DNA of 61,573 nucleotides, from NCBI GenBank assembly GCA_035693165.1, contig DASSGZ010000649.1, positions 1 to 61,573 on the forward strand. Direction: 5' to 3'. Positions within the stretch are counted from its first letter, which is position 1, and each line of letters starts with the position of its first letter. The notes beneath the pieces are model-generated. The model did not search any database. It was not told the DNA's origin and was given only the letters and a program-made list of their open reading frames with translations. Shown in pieces: positions 27,689 through 37,700 of this stretch. This DNA comes from Chloroflexia bacterium (GTDB lineage: Bacteria > Chloroflexota > Chloroflexia > QHBQ01 > JAICKM01). The translations under genes and the position numbers were made by a program.

Positions 27689-28921
27689 ATGCGCCGCGGT
27701 GAAGATTTGATGGAAAGCTGGCAGTGGGACCGTGAGATGGGCCTGGATGCCGAGGTAATTGCGGCGGGACGCCGGCAAATCGCCGCCGCGCTCGATACGC
27801 TGGAGACGCTCCTCGACAACCCTAGCGCCCGCACGAATGATCTGTATTCCGCCGGTTTCAGGCTGTCGATGGGACAAGGGGTGGTGGGCCTGCTGCCGGA
27901 GGATCGGGCGCGCGCCGAAGCCCTCTATCGCCGCGTCTTTGCCGCGGGAGGCGCGGGCAGCCGGTATATGCAGGAGGGATTGCTCTTGCTGCTCGCGGCC
28001 ACGGAAGATGCGGCGTCCATTCCCTTCTGGCTGGAAATCGTCGATTGGAACCGGCCCCGCGACCAGGCTGGGGCGATCCGGCGCCGGATCGCCCCGGCGG
28101 CGCTGGCCCGGCTCGCCGCCCGGCGGAATGTGCCGGAGGCATATGCTGCGCTGCGGACGCTGCTCCACCACCCGCATCCGGAAGTCCGCGCCTTGAGCGC
28201 CCGCGACCTGAGCCGCGCCTACTGGGAAGTCGAACGCCCCCTGCCCCCAGAGGTGGCCGACGAACTGGCGGACCTGGCGCTGCATGACAAAGACTTTATG
28301 CCCCGCTTCGAGGCGCGAGAGGCGCTCCACGCCGCCGGGCTGCCCCTGTCGCCGGGCAACCTCGGCGGCAGCTACACCTTTAAGGTCAAACCGCGCCGCA
28401 CCACCGGGATCAACCGCACGATTGAAGTGCTCTCCCAGCAAAGCCTGGACGATCTCCATCTTGCCATCCAGGACGCCTTCGACTGGGACAACGATCACCT
28501 GTACTCGTTCTATCTGACCACCGGCGCGAACCGCGACGATTACGAGATCGCCTGCGCCATGGCGGAGGGCGACTGGTCCGGCAGCCCATTCCTCCAAATC
28601 GGCGCCCTTGGCGATGGGCCGGAGCCTGCGGGGAGCGCGAACGGCGACGAGGACGACGAAGCCGGGGGTGGCCCGCTGACGACCGCCGATGCCGTGATCG
28701 GTGCGCTGGGTCTGGGCCTCAAGCACAAATTCATCTACCTGTTCGACTACGGGGATCAGAACGAGTTCGAGGTTCAGGTGGTGAGCATCCAAGCGCACGC
28801 CGCGCCCGGCGACTACCCGCGCATCGTCGCCAGTGAGGGGAAAGCGCCCGCGCAATATGCGGTGTGGGACGACGAGGAGGACGAGGGCTACGAGGACGGC
28901 GACGACTCGGACGATGCGTGA
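27689..28921 (+). CDS. Fusion protein: HEAT-like N-terminal repeats plus a C-terminal pRiA4b ORF-3-like (PRiA4_ORF3) domain and an acidic tail
   Basis: LDDLHLAIQDAFDWDNDHLYSFYL...KFIYLFDYGDQNEF signature. AAAGGAG RBS. Confidence 0.7.
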   Translation: MRRGEDLMESWQWDREMGLDAEVIAAGRRQIAAALDTLETLLDNPSARTNDLYSAGFRLSMGQGVVGLLPEDRARAEALYRRVFAAGGAGSRYMQEGLLLLLAATEDAASIPFWLEIVDWNRPRDQAGAIRRRIAPAALARLAARRNVPEAYAALRTLLHHPHPEVRALSARDLSRAYWEVERPLPPEVADELADLALHDKDFMPRFEAREALHAAGLPLSPGNLGGSYTFKVKPRRTTGINRTIEVLSQQSLDDLHLAIQDAFDWDNDHLYSFYLTTGANRDDYEIACAMAEGDWSGSPFLQIGALGDGPEPAGSANGDEDDEAGGGPLTTADAVIGALGLGLKHKFIYLFDYGDQNEFEVQVVSIQAHAAPGDYPRIVASEGKAPAQYAVWDDEEDEGYEDGDDSDDA

Positions 28922-29793
28922 GCGCCGCTGTCCCCGCTGATGTGCTGACCCTGGCGGGCGGGCTGCTGCGGCTGAGCACGCTGCCCGCCGGGCTGCTGCT
29001 GGGGGGCGGCGCGGGAGCCGGGCTGTTGCTGCGGCACCTGGGCCGCGACCCCGGCGCCGTCGCGCAGGCCGGGCGCCGCCTGGCCCGCCCGCTGCTGCTG
29101 ATCCTGATCGTCGCGCTGGTGCCGCTGGCCGTGGTCGAGACGCTGCAACAGACCGGCGCGCCGTTAGACGCGGCCTTGCTGACCGATCTGCTGCCCTACA
29201 TGCTGGGGAACACGTTGTTCGGCGTGGTCTGGGCGGCGCACGCGGCGATCCTGAGCGTGCTCTGGGCGCGCCTGCGCGCCGGGCATGCACCGGGCCTGGT
29301 GGGGGCGCTGGCCTTGCTGGTGGCCTGGCCGCAACTGGGCCACCTGGCGCCCAACTTCGCCATCCTGGACCCGGACACGCTGCTGGAGCTGGGCTGGCTG
29401 GGTGTGCACCGCGCCGGGGCCGCGCTCTGGCCCGGTACGCTGGCCGTGTTGCTGGCCTGGAGCCGGGCCGGGGGTCCCGCTCAGCGGCCCTGGGGCGCGG
29501 CGTTCTTCCGGCTGGCCTTGCCGGGCGCCGGGCTGTTGCTCGGCGGGGCGGCGGGCGTGCTGCTGGACCATGGCGGCGTGGCGACGCTCACCGGGGGCAC
29601 GCTGTTCGGCAGCCTGGTGCTGATTAAAATTGTGCTGCTGCTCGCTCTGCTCGGCCTGGGCGCCTGGCATTTCCGGCGCTACCGGGGTGCCGCCGCGCCC
29701 ACCCGCGGCACGCTGGCGGCGGAGGTGGCCGTCGCCGGGGCCGCCGTCGCCCTGGGCGCGATTCTGGGCGTGCTGCCGAGTCCCGGCAGCTAA
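28918..29793 (+). CDS. Integral membrane protein, CopD-like (tentative)
   Basis: GTG start overlapping the upstream stop (GTGA). About 8 hydrophobic spans. The ORF-track N-terminal Arg/Gly stretch is discarded. Confidence 0.55.
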   Translation: MSAAVPADVLTLAGGLLRLSTLPAGLLLGGGAGAGLLLRHLGRDPGAVAQAGRRLARPLLLILIVALVPLAVVETLQQTGAPLDAALLTDLLPYMLGNTLFGVVWAAHAAILSVLWARLRAGHAPGLVGALALLVAWPQLGHLAPNFAILDPDTLLELGWLGVHRAGAALWPGTLAVLLAWSRAGGPAQRPWGAAFFRLALPGAGLLLGGAAGVLLDHGGVATLTGGTLFGSLVLIKIVLLLALLGLGAWHFRRYRGAAAPTRGTLAAEVAVAGAAVALGAILGVLPSPGS

Positions 29794-29821
29794 CCCGCCT
29801 TGCTGGAGCCGGTTTGTGCCT

Positions 29822-31009
29822 ATGTTCTCCAAGCGCACCACCTGGAACCTCACCGGCAATGCCTGGGCCGCCCTGGCCGCGCGCAAGCGCGCGGCCGGTA
29901 CGTCGCTGCTGGACCTGACCGAGTCCAATCCCACCCGCTGCGGCTTCGACTACCGGGACGCGGGCCTGGATGCCCTGGCCGATCCGGCAGCCGTGCAGTA
30001 CCGGCCCGCCCCGCGGGGGCTGCCGGACGCCCGCGCCGCCGTCGCCGCCTATTACGCCACGCACGGCCTGGCCGTCGATCCCGAATCGGTGATCCTGACG
30101 GCCAGCACCAGCGAGGGCTACAGCTACCTGTTCAAGCTGCTGGCCGACCCCGGCGACGACGTGCTGGCCCCCCTACCCAGCTACCCGCTGTTCGAGTACC
30201 TGGCCCAACTCGACGGCGTGCGCCTGGCGCCCTACCCGCTGCGCTACGACGGCGCCTGGTTTATCGACTTCCCGGCCCTGGAGGCGGCAATCACTCCGCG
30301 CACGCGCGCCGTCATCGTCGTCCACCCCAACAACCCGACCGGGGCCTTCCTGAAGCAGGACGAACTCGCCCGCCTCGTGGTGATCTGCCGGGCGCACGAC
30401 CTGGCGCTGATCTGCGACGAGGTCTTCCTCGACTACGCCTACGGTCCTGACCCGGCGCGCGCCCCCTCGCTGGTGGCCGGCGGTGAGGTGCTGACCTGCA
30501 CGCTGAGCGGGCTATCCAAGCTGGCCGGGCTGCCGCAGGTCAAGCTGAGCTGGATCGTGCTGACCGGCCCCCCGGCCCTGCAAGCAGCGGCCCTGGCCCG
30601 CGCCGAGGTCATCGCCGACACCTACCTGTCGGTGAGCACGCCGGTGCAACTGGCGCTCCCGGCGCTGCTGGGCAACGGCGCCGCGCTGCGCGCCCGGATC
30701 CAGGCACGCATCACCGCGAACCGCCGGGCGCTCGATGCCGCGCTGGCCGGCGACTTGCCGCTGCGCGCCTTGCCCGCCGAGGGTGGCTGGTATGCCACGG
30801 TGCAGGTGCCCGCGATCTTGAGTGAAGAAGCCTGGGCACTGGCCCTGCTGACCGAAGACGATCTGCTGGTACACCCCGGCTACTTTTTCGACTTCCCGTT
30901 TGGCTGCCTGCTGGTGCTCAGCCTGCTCCCGCCGCCGGACGTGTTCGCCGCGGGTGTGGCGCGCCTGATGCGCCGGGTAGCGGCGGTCTCAGCAGCGGAA
31001 GATCGGTGA
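29822..31009 (+). CDS. PLP-dependent aminotransferase (alanine/aspartate transaminase-like)
   Basis: MFSKRTTWNLTGN...LLDLTESNPT, HPNNPTG, LSGLSKLAGLPQVKLSW. Internal ATG chosen. Confidence 0.85.
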   Translation: MFSKRTTWNLTGNAWAALAARKRAAGTSLLDLTESNPTRCGFDYRDAGLDALADPAAVQYRPAPRGLPDARAAVAAYYATHGLAVDPESVILTASTSEGYSYLFKLLADPGDDVLAPLPSYPLFEYLAQLDGVRLAPYPLRYDGAWFIDFPALEAAITPRTRAVIVVHPNNPTGAFLKQDELARLVVICRAHDLALICDEVFLDYAYGPDPARAPSLVAGGEVLTCTLSGLSKLAGLPQVKLSWIVLTGPPALQAAALARAEVIADTYLSVSTPVQLALPALLGNGAALRARIQARITANRRALDAALAGDLPLRALPAEGGWYATVQVPAILSEEAWALALLTEDDLLVHPGYFFDFPFGCLLVLSLLPPPDVFAAGVARLMRRVAAVSAAEDR

Positions 31010-31033
31010 CTCGCTAGTGCAAAGGAGAATCCC

Positions 31034-31627
31034 ATGAGCGCAACTTCCCCGGTACCGCAATCCGTGATCGACGAATTCGTCGGCGTGGCGCACGGCGACT
31101 TCCAGCGGTTGCAAGAACTGCTCGTCGAGTACCCCGCCGTGCTCAACGGCGACGCCACCTGGCACGAAACGGCCATCGAGGCCGCCGCGCAGATGGGCCG
31201 GGTCGATATAGTCGAATATCTGCTGGCGGCGGGCGCGCCCCTCGACATCTGTACAGCGGCCATGCTCGGGCGTCGCGCGGATGTCGCCGCCGCCCTGGAC
31301 GCCGACCCCGCCGCCGCCCACGCCACCGGCGCGCACGGCATCCCCGTGCTCTACTACCCGGCCATCGCCAACCACCCGGCCATCGCCGAAGATCTGCTGG
31401 CGCGGGGCGCCGAGGTGAATGCAGGCGCGGGCGGCAATACGCCGCTGCATGGCGCGGCCATGTTCGGGCAGCCGGAGATGGCCGCCTGGCTGCTGGCCCA
31501 CGGCGCCGACCCGGCAGCCCGCGACTACAACGGCAAGACCCCGCTGGAAGTCGCCCTGGACAGCAACCAGGCGGCCGTCGCCGATCTCCTCCGCGCCCAC
31601 TCCCCCGCGCCGGGCAACGAAGTGTGA
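31034..31627 (+). CDS. Ankyrin-repeat protein
   Basis: GNTPLHGAAMFGQPEMAAWLLAHGADPAARDYNGKTPLEVA. AAAGGAG RBS. Confidence 0.88.
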   Translation: MSATSPVPQSVIDEFVGVAHGDFQRLQELLVEYPAVLNGDATWHETAIEAAAQMGRVDIVEYLLAAGAPLDICTAAMLGRRADVAAALDADPAAAHATGAHGIPVLYYPAIANHPAIAEDLLARGAEVNAGAGGNTPLHGAAMFGQPEMAAWLLAHGADPAARDYNGKTPLEVALDSNQAAVADLLRAHSPAPGNEV

Positions 31628-31642
31628 GCGGCGGTTTATGCT

Positions 31643-31745
31643 CACCGCCGAGGCGCAGAGGACGCAGAGATTCCAAATTTCAGCGCGAAGACGCGAAGGA
31701 CGCGAAGATTATTGATACAAGTTTTATTCTTCGCGTCTTCGCACT
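31643..31745. repeat. Composite F1 element: a GCAGAG-type unit followed by a GCGAAG-type hairpin (GCGAAGACGCGAAG...CTTCGCGTCTTCGC)
   Basis: Read directly. Confidence 0.85.
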
Positions 31746-31793
31746 GAGGATAGCCCCGTATCCCGGCGGCGCATAGCATCCGGCGGGCGCGTT

Positions 31794-31802
31794 TGCTATA
31801 AT
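31794..31802 (+). promoter_or_regulatory. Extended -10 TGCTATAAT upstream of the DUF2236-like gene
   Basis: Perfect TGnTATAAT about 50 nt after the F1 hairpin. Confidence 0.5.
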
Positions 31803-31988
31803 TACCCTGTATATCCTGGGGCCGGCCATCCCCGGCCCGCGTAACTTCGCCCGCGCTACCCGGCATCCACAAAGCAGGTTGCGTAAGCAGTGGCTGCGGG
31901 GCACCTTAGCGCTACCCCCGGTGCGGCTGACGGCACAGGAACTGGGGGAATCGCGCAACGACGACCCATCTGAACAGGGAGAACGGCT

Positions 31989-33167
31989 GTGAAATATACC
32001 GACGAGTTTCTGGATGCGCTGCGCCAGGAGGGCGACCCGCTGGCCGACCGCGTGATCGCCGAGGTCCACGCCACGGGGGCGGTGGGCGCGGTCAACGCGG
32101 TGCTGCGGCAACTCATGGAGAACGACCAGCCGATCCCGGAAAACCTGCCGCCCCTGGTCCACGAGTACCTGCGCATTACCGACAACCCGCCGGCCTGGAT
32201 GGACCCGGCGCGTATGGCGCGGGCCAACGGCTTCTTCGAGAGCCACGGCATGCATATCAGCCTGGTCATGTCCACGGCAGGCATGATCGAATGCTACGCC
32301 GCGCGCAAGGCCGTCAAGGTGCTCGACTTCACCCATCAACTGGATCACCCGCAGCGCCGCATGGCCGAGACGGCGCAATTCTGCCTGCACATGATGAGCC
32401 CGCAGGCCTTCGCCCCGAACGGCAAATTCATCCCCGCCACGCAGAAGGTGCGCCTGATGCACGCTGCCTTCCGCCACCTGATCCTGCAAAGCGGGCGCTG
32501 GCCGCTGGACGAATTGGGCGTGCCGATCTGCCAGGAAGATCTGCTGGGCGCGTTACTGTTGTTCAGCACCGAGGTGCTCACCGGCCTGGAGCGGCTGGAA
32601 GTGCCGGCCACGCCGCAGGAAGCCGACGACTACTATTATGTCTGGCGTGTCGTCGGCGAGATGATGGGCATCCGCCCCGACGCCATTCCCGAAACACTGG
32701 CCGAGGCACAAGCACTCAACGCCGTGCTGCGCGCGCGCCATTTCGGCCCGTCGGACGAAGGCCGGCGCCTCACCAAGTGCCTGCTCGACATGTACGACGA
32801 CTTGATCCCCGGCGAGATGGTCGACGGTATCATGCCCGCCCTGGTGCGCATCATCACCGGCGACCAGATCGCCGACTGGATGGGCGTGCCGCGCAACGGC
32901 TGGAGCTGGGTGGCGCGCGGACTGATGCGCTTCAGCGCGGCGCTCGAAGAGCTACAGGACGATAACCACCTGGTGCGTGGCGTGCTGGACAAGGCCGAGT
33001 GGGCTATCGTCAACGGCCAGTTCCTGGTGCTCAACGGGCGGCGCAAGATCCACTACGAGATCCCCGACGAACTGCGCATCGCCTGGAAGCTGGACGAACC
33101 GGCCCAGCCGATCACGCGCTGCCCCTATCACCACGAAGCCCCCGCGCTCGACGCGACCAAAGGCTAG
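31989..33167 (+). CDS. MpaB/DUF2236-family oxygenase-like protein (tentative)
   Basis: GDPLADRVI...; KVRLMHAAFRHL block. GTG start behind GGGAGAA. Confidence 0.6.
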   Translation: MKYTDEFLDALRQEGDPLADRVIAEVHATGAVGAVNAVLRQLMENDQPIPENLPPLVHEYLRITDNPPAWMDPARMARANGFFESHGMHISLVMSTAGMIECYAARKAVKVLDFTHQLDHPQRRMAETAQFCLHMMSPQAFAPNGKFIPATQKVRLMHAAFRHLILQSGRWPLDELGVPICQEDLLGALLLFSTEVLTGLERLEVPATPQEADDYYYVWRVVGEMMGIRPDAIPETLAEAQALNAVLRARHFGPSDEGRRLTKCLLDMYDDLIPGEMVDGIMPALVRIITGDQIADWMGVPRNGWSWVARGLMRFSAALEELQDDNHLVRGVLDKAEWAIVNGQFLVLNGRRKIHYEIPDELRIAWKLDEPAQPITRCPYHHEAPALDATKG

Positions 33168-33223
33168 CCGCCGCCCCTCCCGGCCTGCGCCTGCATACAT
33201 TTCATCACAAGCGGTGTAGCTTT

Positions 33224-33296
33224 ACCGCGAAGACGCGAAGTGCGCGAAGATTAGCACCAGTATAAACAATCTTTGCGTGCTGCGCGCCTTCGCGGT
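33224..33296. repeat. F1 element, GCGAAG type, imperfect 29-bp arms
   Basis: ACCGCGAAGACGCGAAGTGCGCGAAGATT ... AATCTTTGCGTGCTGCGCGCCTTCGCGGT. Confidence 0.8.
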
Positions 33297-33327
33297 GCAT
33301 TTGTGCACGGATGTCAAATGCCGATTC

Positions 33328-33357
33328 TTGACACTGTGCGCGGATAGGTGCTATAAT
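33328..33357 (+). promoter_or_regulatory. Consensus promoter TTGACA, 18 nt, TATAAT heading the sbcD / giant-protein cluster
   Basis: Read directly: TTGACActgtgcgcggataggtgcTATAAT. Confidence 0.65.
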
Positions 33358-33454
33358 CGCCTGTATACTCAACATAATGTGAGCCGGCGTGCCGGGGGCT
33401 GTCCTGTGTGCCTGGCGCCGCCGGAAACCCGCCCACCCACGGAAAGCACACCAG

Positions 33455-34690
33455 ATGATCCGTATCCTGCACCTGGCCGACATACACCTGGGTATGGAAA
33501 ATTACGGCCGGGTGGACCCGGCGACCGGCCTGTCCAGCCGCCTGGGCGATTTCCTCGCCAGCCTCGACACCGCGCTCGACTACGCCATCGACCATGCGTT
33601 TGACCTGGTGTTGTTGGCCGGGGATGTCTACAAGAACCGCGACCCCAGCCCCACCATCCAGCGCGAGTTTGCCCGCCGCATCCACCGCCTGTCCGCCGCG
33701 GGCATCCCCACTTTTCTGCTGGTCGGCAACCACGACCTGCCGAATACCTGGGCCCGCGCGCACACGGTCGAGATCTTCGACACGCTGGCCGTGCCCAATG
33801 TCTGGGTGGCGCGCAAGCCCGGCGTCGTCCAGATCCCCACGGCGCACGGGCCTGTGCAAATCGCCGCCCTGCCCTGGGTCACACACCACACTCTGCTGAC
33901 CAAGGACGAGTATCGCAGCTATTCGCACCGCGAACTCAACGGCATCCTGGCCGATAAGGTCGAAGCCTTGATCGACGGTATGATCGACGAGCTCGACCGC
34001 GCCCTCCCCGCCATCTTCACCGCGCACGCGGCCATCGACATCGCCAAGACCTCGTCGGAGCACAGCATGATGCTCGGCGACGACCTGGTGCTGCCGCTGA
34101 GCCTGGTGGCCCGCCCGGAGTTCGACTATGTGGCGCTGGGCCACGTGCATAAGTACCAGGTGTTGCACAAGCACCCGCTGGTGGTCTATCCCGGCAGCCT
34201 CGAACGCATTGACTTCGGCGAAGAGCGCGACCCCAAGGGCTTTGTGACGGTCACGCTCGACGAGACCTGCCCGCGCGGCGAGCGAGCCATGGCGCACGAG
34301 TTTCACGAGGCGGGCGCGCGGCGCTTCCTGACGGTGGAAGTGCATACCAACGGCGGCAATCCCAATGAAACCGTCCTTCGCAAGCTCGCCGCGCGGGCCG
34401 ACGATATTCGCGGGTCCATCGTCCGGGTTGTGATCAAAACCACGGCGGAGCAAGAATCGCTGCTGCGCGACGACGAGATCCGTAAGGCGCTGAGCGAGGC
34501 GGCATATATTGCCTCGGTCAGCCGCGAAGTGGACGCGCCGCAACGCACCCGGCTGGGCGGGCACGCCATCGAGCAACTGACCACCCGCCAGATCCTGGAA
34601 CTATACTGCGCCAGCGCCAAGATCGCGCCGGACCGCACGGCGACCCTGCTGAAATATGCGGACGAGTTGATAGGCGACCCGGCCGAGTGA
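33455..34690 (+). CDS. sbcD: Mre11/SbcD-family metallophosphoesterase nuclease
   Basis: MIRILHLADIHLG, LLAGDVY, LVGNHD, GHVH motifs. Internal ATG chosen. Confidence 0.85.
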   Translation: MIRILHLADIHLGMENYGRVDPATGLSSRLGDFLASLDTALDYAIDHAFDLVLLAGDVYKNRDPSPTIQREFARRIHRLSAAGIPTFLLVGNHDLPNTWARAHTVEIFDTLAVPNVWVARKPGVVQIPTAHGPVQIAALPWVTHHTLLTKDEYRSYSHRELNGILADKVEALIDGMIDELDRALPAIFTAHAAIDIAKTSSEHSMMLGDDLVLPLSLVARPEFDYVALGHVHKYQVLHKHPLVVYPGSLERIDFGEERDPKGFVTVTLDETCPRGERAMAHEFHEAGARRFLTVEVHTNGGNPNETVLRKLAARADDIRGSIVRVVIKTTAEQESLLRDDEIRKALSEAAYIASVSREVDAPQRTRLGGHAIEQLTTRQILELYCASAKIAPDRTATLLKYADELIGDPAE

Positions 34691-34723
34691 CGTGCGGCGC
34701 GTGGCGCTTCCTGAAACGGTACC

Positions 34724-37700
34724 TTGCCCATGGCTGATCGCTCGCTGAGCAATATAACCCTGCAGGACGCCTACAGCCGCGCGCAAGCCGCGCTCGAAGG
34801 CGGCGACAGCCCCCGCGCTGTCGCCATCACCCAGCACATCCTGCGCTATTATCCCCAGTATATCGACGCCTACCGCCTGCTGGGCGAGGCCTACCTGGAG
34901 TTGGGCCGGCCCGAGGAAGCGATGCGCTTCTTCACCCACGTGCTCAACGCCGACCCCCAGAACGTGCTGGCCCACATTGGCCGCGCCATTATCGCCGAAG
35001 ACCACCACCAGGTCGACATCGCCATCGACGAGTACGAGCGCGCCTTTGAGATCGATCCGAGCATCACCGAACTGCGCGGCGAGTTGCTGCGGCTCTACGC
35101 CATCCGCTACGGCAGCGCGGGCGCCGCGATCCGCACCACGCCGAGCGGTCTGGCCTATGTCCACCTGCGCGCCGGGCTGCGCGACGCGGCCATCAGCGAA
35201 CTCGGCTATGTGGCCCAGGTGCGCCCCGACCGCTGGGATGTCGAGGTGGCGCTGGCCGAGGCCCTCTGGCGCAACGAGCAGTTGGACGAGTGCGCCGCCG
35301 TCGCCGGGGATATCCTGGCCGGCCACCCGGCCTGCGTGAAGTGCAAGTGGCTGCTGGGCTACCTTCATTGGAGCAGCGGGCGCACCGAGAGCGGGCGGCA
35401 ATACCTGATGGACGCCGTGGCCCTCGACCCGGCCTACCGCATCGCCAATGCCGTCTGGGACGCCACGCCCTGGCCCGTGGACCGGCGCATCACCCGCGCG
35501 CAAACCGCCATGGTGCCCGGCTGGACGCAAGAGGAACTGGTCGGCAGCGACCTGGACATCAGCGTGGCGCTGCCGCCGGAACCGCCTGCCTCTAAAGAGG
35601 CACCCGCCGCGCCTGGCGGATCGCGCCGCGTGACTCAGAAATTCGACACCCGCCCGCCCCTGCCCGGTGAGTCGCGCCGCGTGACTCAGAAATTCGACAC
35701 CCGCCCGCCCCTGCCCGGCCAGACCTCCGAACTGACCCCCGCGGAAGAAGTCCCGGCCCCGCCCGCGGCGGCCGCGGAAGCGCTGGAGTGGGACAGTATC
35801 CTGAGCAGCCCGGATGCGCCCGCCCCCTTCGACCTCGACTGGTTGGACGACTGGGCCGCCGCCGCCGAAACCACCCCCGCTGCGCCCGCGCAATCGGCCC
35901 ACGCCACGCTGGAGTTCGAGGCAATCGCGCCTCCCGCCGCCGAGGATAGCGCCCCCCCGCCGGACACGCTGGTCGTCACGCCCGCGCCGGAAGCCGCATC
36001 GCTCGCCATGCCGGTGGAGGCATCAGAGCCGGAAGCCGCTGCGGGCGCCGTGGCAGCAGAAGTAACGGCGCCGGAAGCCCCCCTCCCCCTGGCCGGAGCG
36101 GCAGCAGCAACGGCGCCGGAAGCCCCCCTGGCCGAAGTGGCAGCAGCAGCGGAGCCGGAAGCCGCGCTGGTCGAAACTGATGGTATCACCGAGCAAGAAG
36201 CCACCGAGATCGCAGTGTTCCCGGTCTCGCCTGCCGAGGCCGCGCCTGCCGGGCCGCCCGCGGATGAGGCCGGGTTGCCCGCCGCCGAGCCGGACGGCTT
36301 CCTGGCGTGGCTCAGCGAACCTGCGACAGGCGCGCCGCAAGCGGAGGAGATCGAGGCAGGACCGGCCGAGGATATAGCGGAGGCCAGTGACGCCGCCGAG
36401 TCGCCCGCGGCCCAGGCCGGCATGTTCCCCGCCTGGCTGGACGAACAGCCCGCAGATTCCGGCGCCGCCCCCCCCGCCGAGGGCGAAGACGCGGCGGTAC
36501 CGATCACGGAGTCGTCCTCCGCGCAGCCCAGCATGTTCCCTGAGTGGATGGGTGCGCCGGCCAATGGCGTGCAAGAAGCCGTCCCGGCGGAGAGCGCCGC
36601 CGGCGAGGCAACTGCTAATGTTGTAGAAGCAGCCGCCCCGGCAGAGAGCGCCGCCGATGTGGCCGCAGCGGAGCCGGCGGATCAAGCTGAAGCCGGCGTC
36701 CCGGCGCCCGCCCGGCATCAGGTCGTCCACCTCTTCCCGGCCTGGCTGGAAGAAGCTACGAGCGACGACGAAGACGAGTCGGACCTGGAGATGCTGCCCG
36801 CCTGGATGCGCGAGGCCGGCCCGCTCGAAGCCGGCACCCCGGCTGCAGCAGCCGAGACGACAGCAGATGCGCAAGTCGCCTCGGCGGACGCCGCCATCCC
36901 GACCGAGCACGCCGAGGAGGCCGTGCCCGCCGCGCCTGTCCCGGCGGACGCCCTCAGCTTGATCACCGCCGAGCAGGAAGCGCCGGCGATACTCACCGGC
37001 GAGGAACCCGTCGCCAGGGTAGCGGGGGATCAGGAAGTACCACCAGCGATCTCCCCGGAGGAACCGACTCCGTTTGCAGCGGCGGCGCAAGAGGACGGCG
37101 CGGATATGATGGTCCCGGCGCCCACCGAAGCGGCATCCGCAGATGAAAGTCCGCTGATTGGCGAACCCGCGCTGCCGATTATGGAGCCGGCCCTGGCGGA
37201 AGCCGAAGCAGGCGCGCCCGCCCAGGTCGAGATCATAGTGGCCGAGTCCGGGGCCGAAAGCGAACCGGCCGCCGTGGCCGCGAGTGACCCGGACGCCGCT
37301 ATCCTGCCCGACGATCTGTTCCCGGCCTGGCTGGAGGAGATCGAGCGCAGCGCAGCGACCGGCGCAACCGAAGCCCAAGCGGCCGGGGCCACGGCGCCGG
37401 AAACGACTGCTGAGGAAGCAGCGCCGGCAATGGCCACCCCGCCGGAAGCGAGTACCGAGGAAGCAGCGCCGGTAATGGCCGCCGCAGTGCCGGAAGCCCT
37501 GCCGGCTGAGGAGCCGCAGGCCGGCGTGCCGGAAGCGATGTCTGCGGACGACGTGCAGGCCAGTGCGGCCCCGCCCGAAGCGATGCCTGCTGAGGACGCG
37601 CAGGCGAATGAGGCCGCGCCCGAAGCGCTGCCTGCCGCGGACATACAGGCGAGTACTGTCGCACCGGAAAACGTACCGGCTCAGGGCGTGCCGGCCAATG

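Noticed and set aside
27689-28921. A mobile element, suggested by the PRiA4_ORF3 domain (often IS- or plasmid-associated).
   Set aside because: No transposase, integrase, terminal inverted repeats or target duplications are nearby. The flanking genes are housekeeping (purA, aminotransferase).
31680-32489. 269-aa minus-strand ORF overlapping the DUF2236-like gene and the F1 repeat.
   Set aside because: It starts inside repeat DNA and has shadow-ORF composition. The plus-strand frame has the conserved VRLMHAAFRHL block and an RBS.
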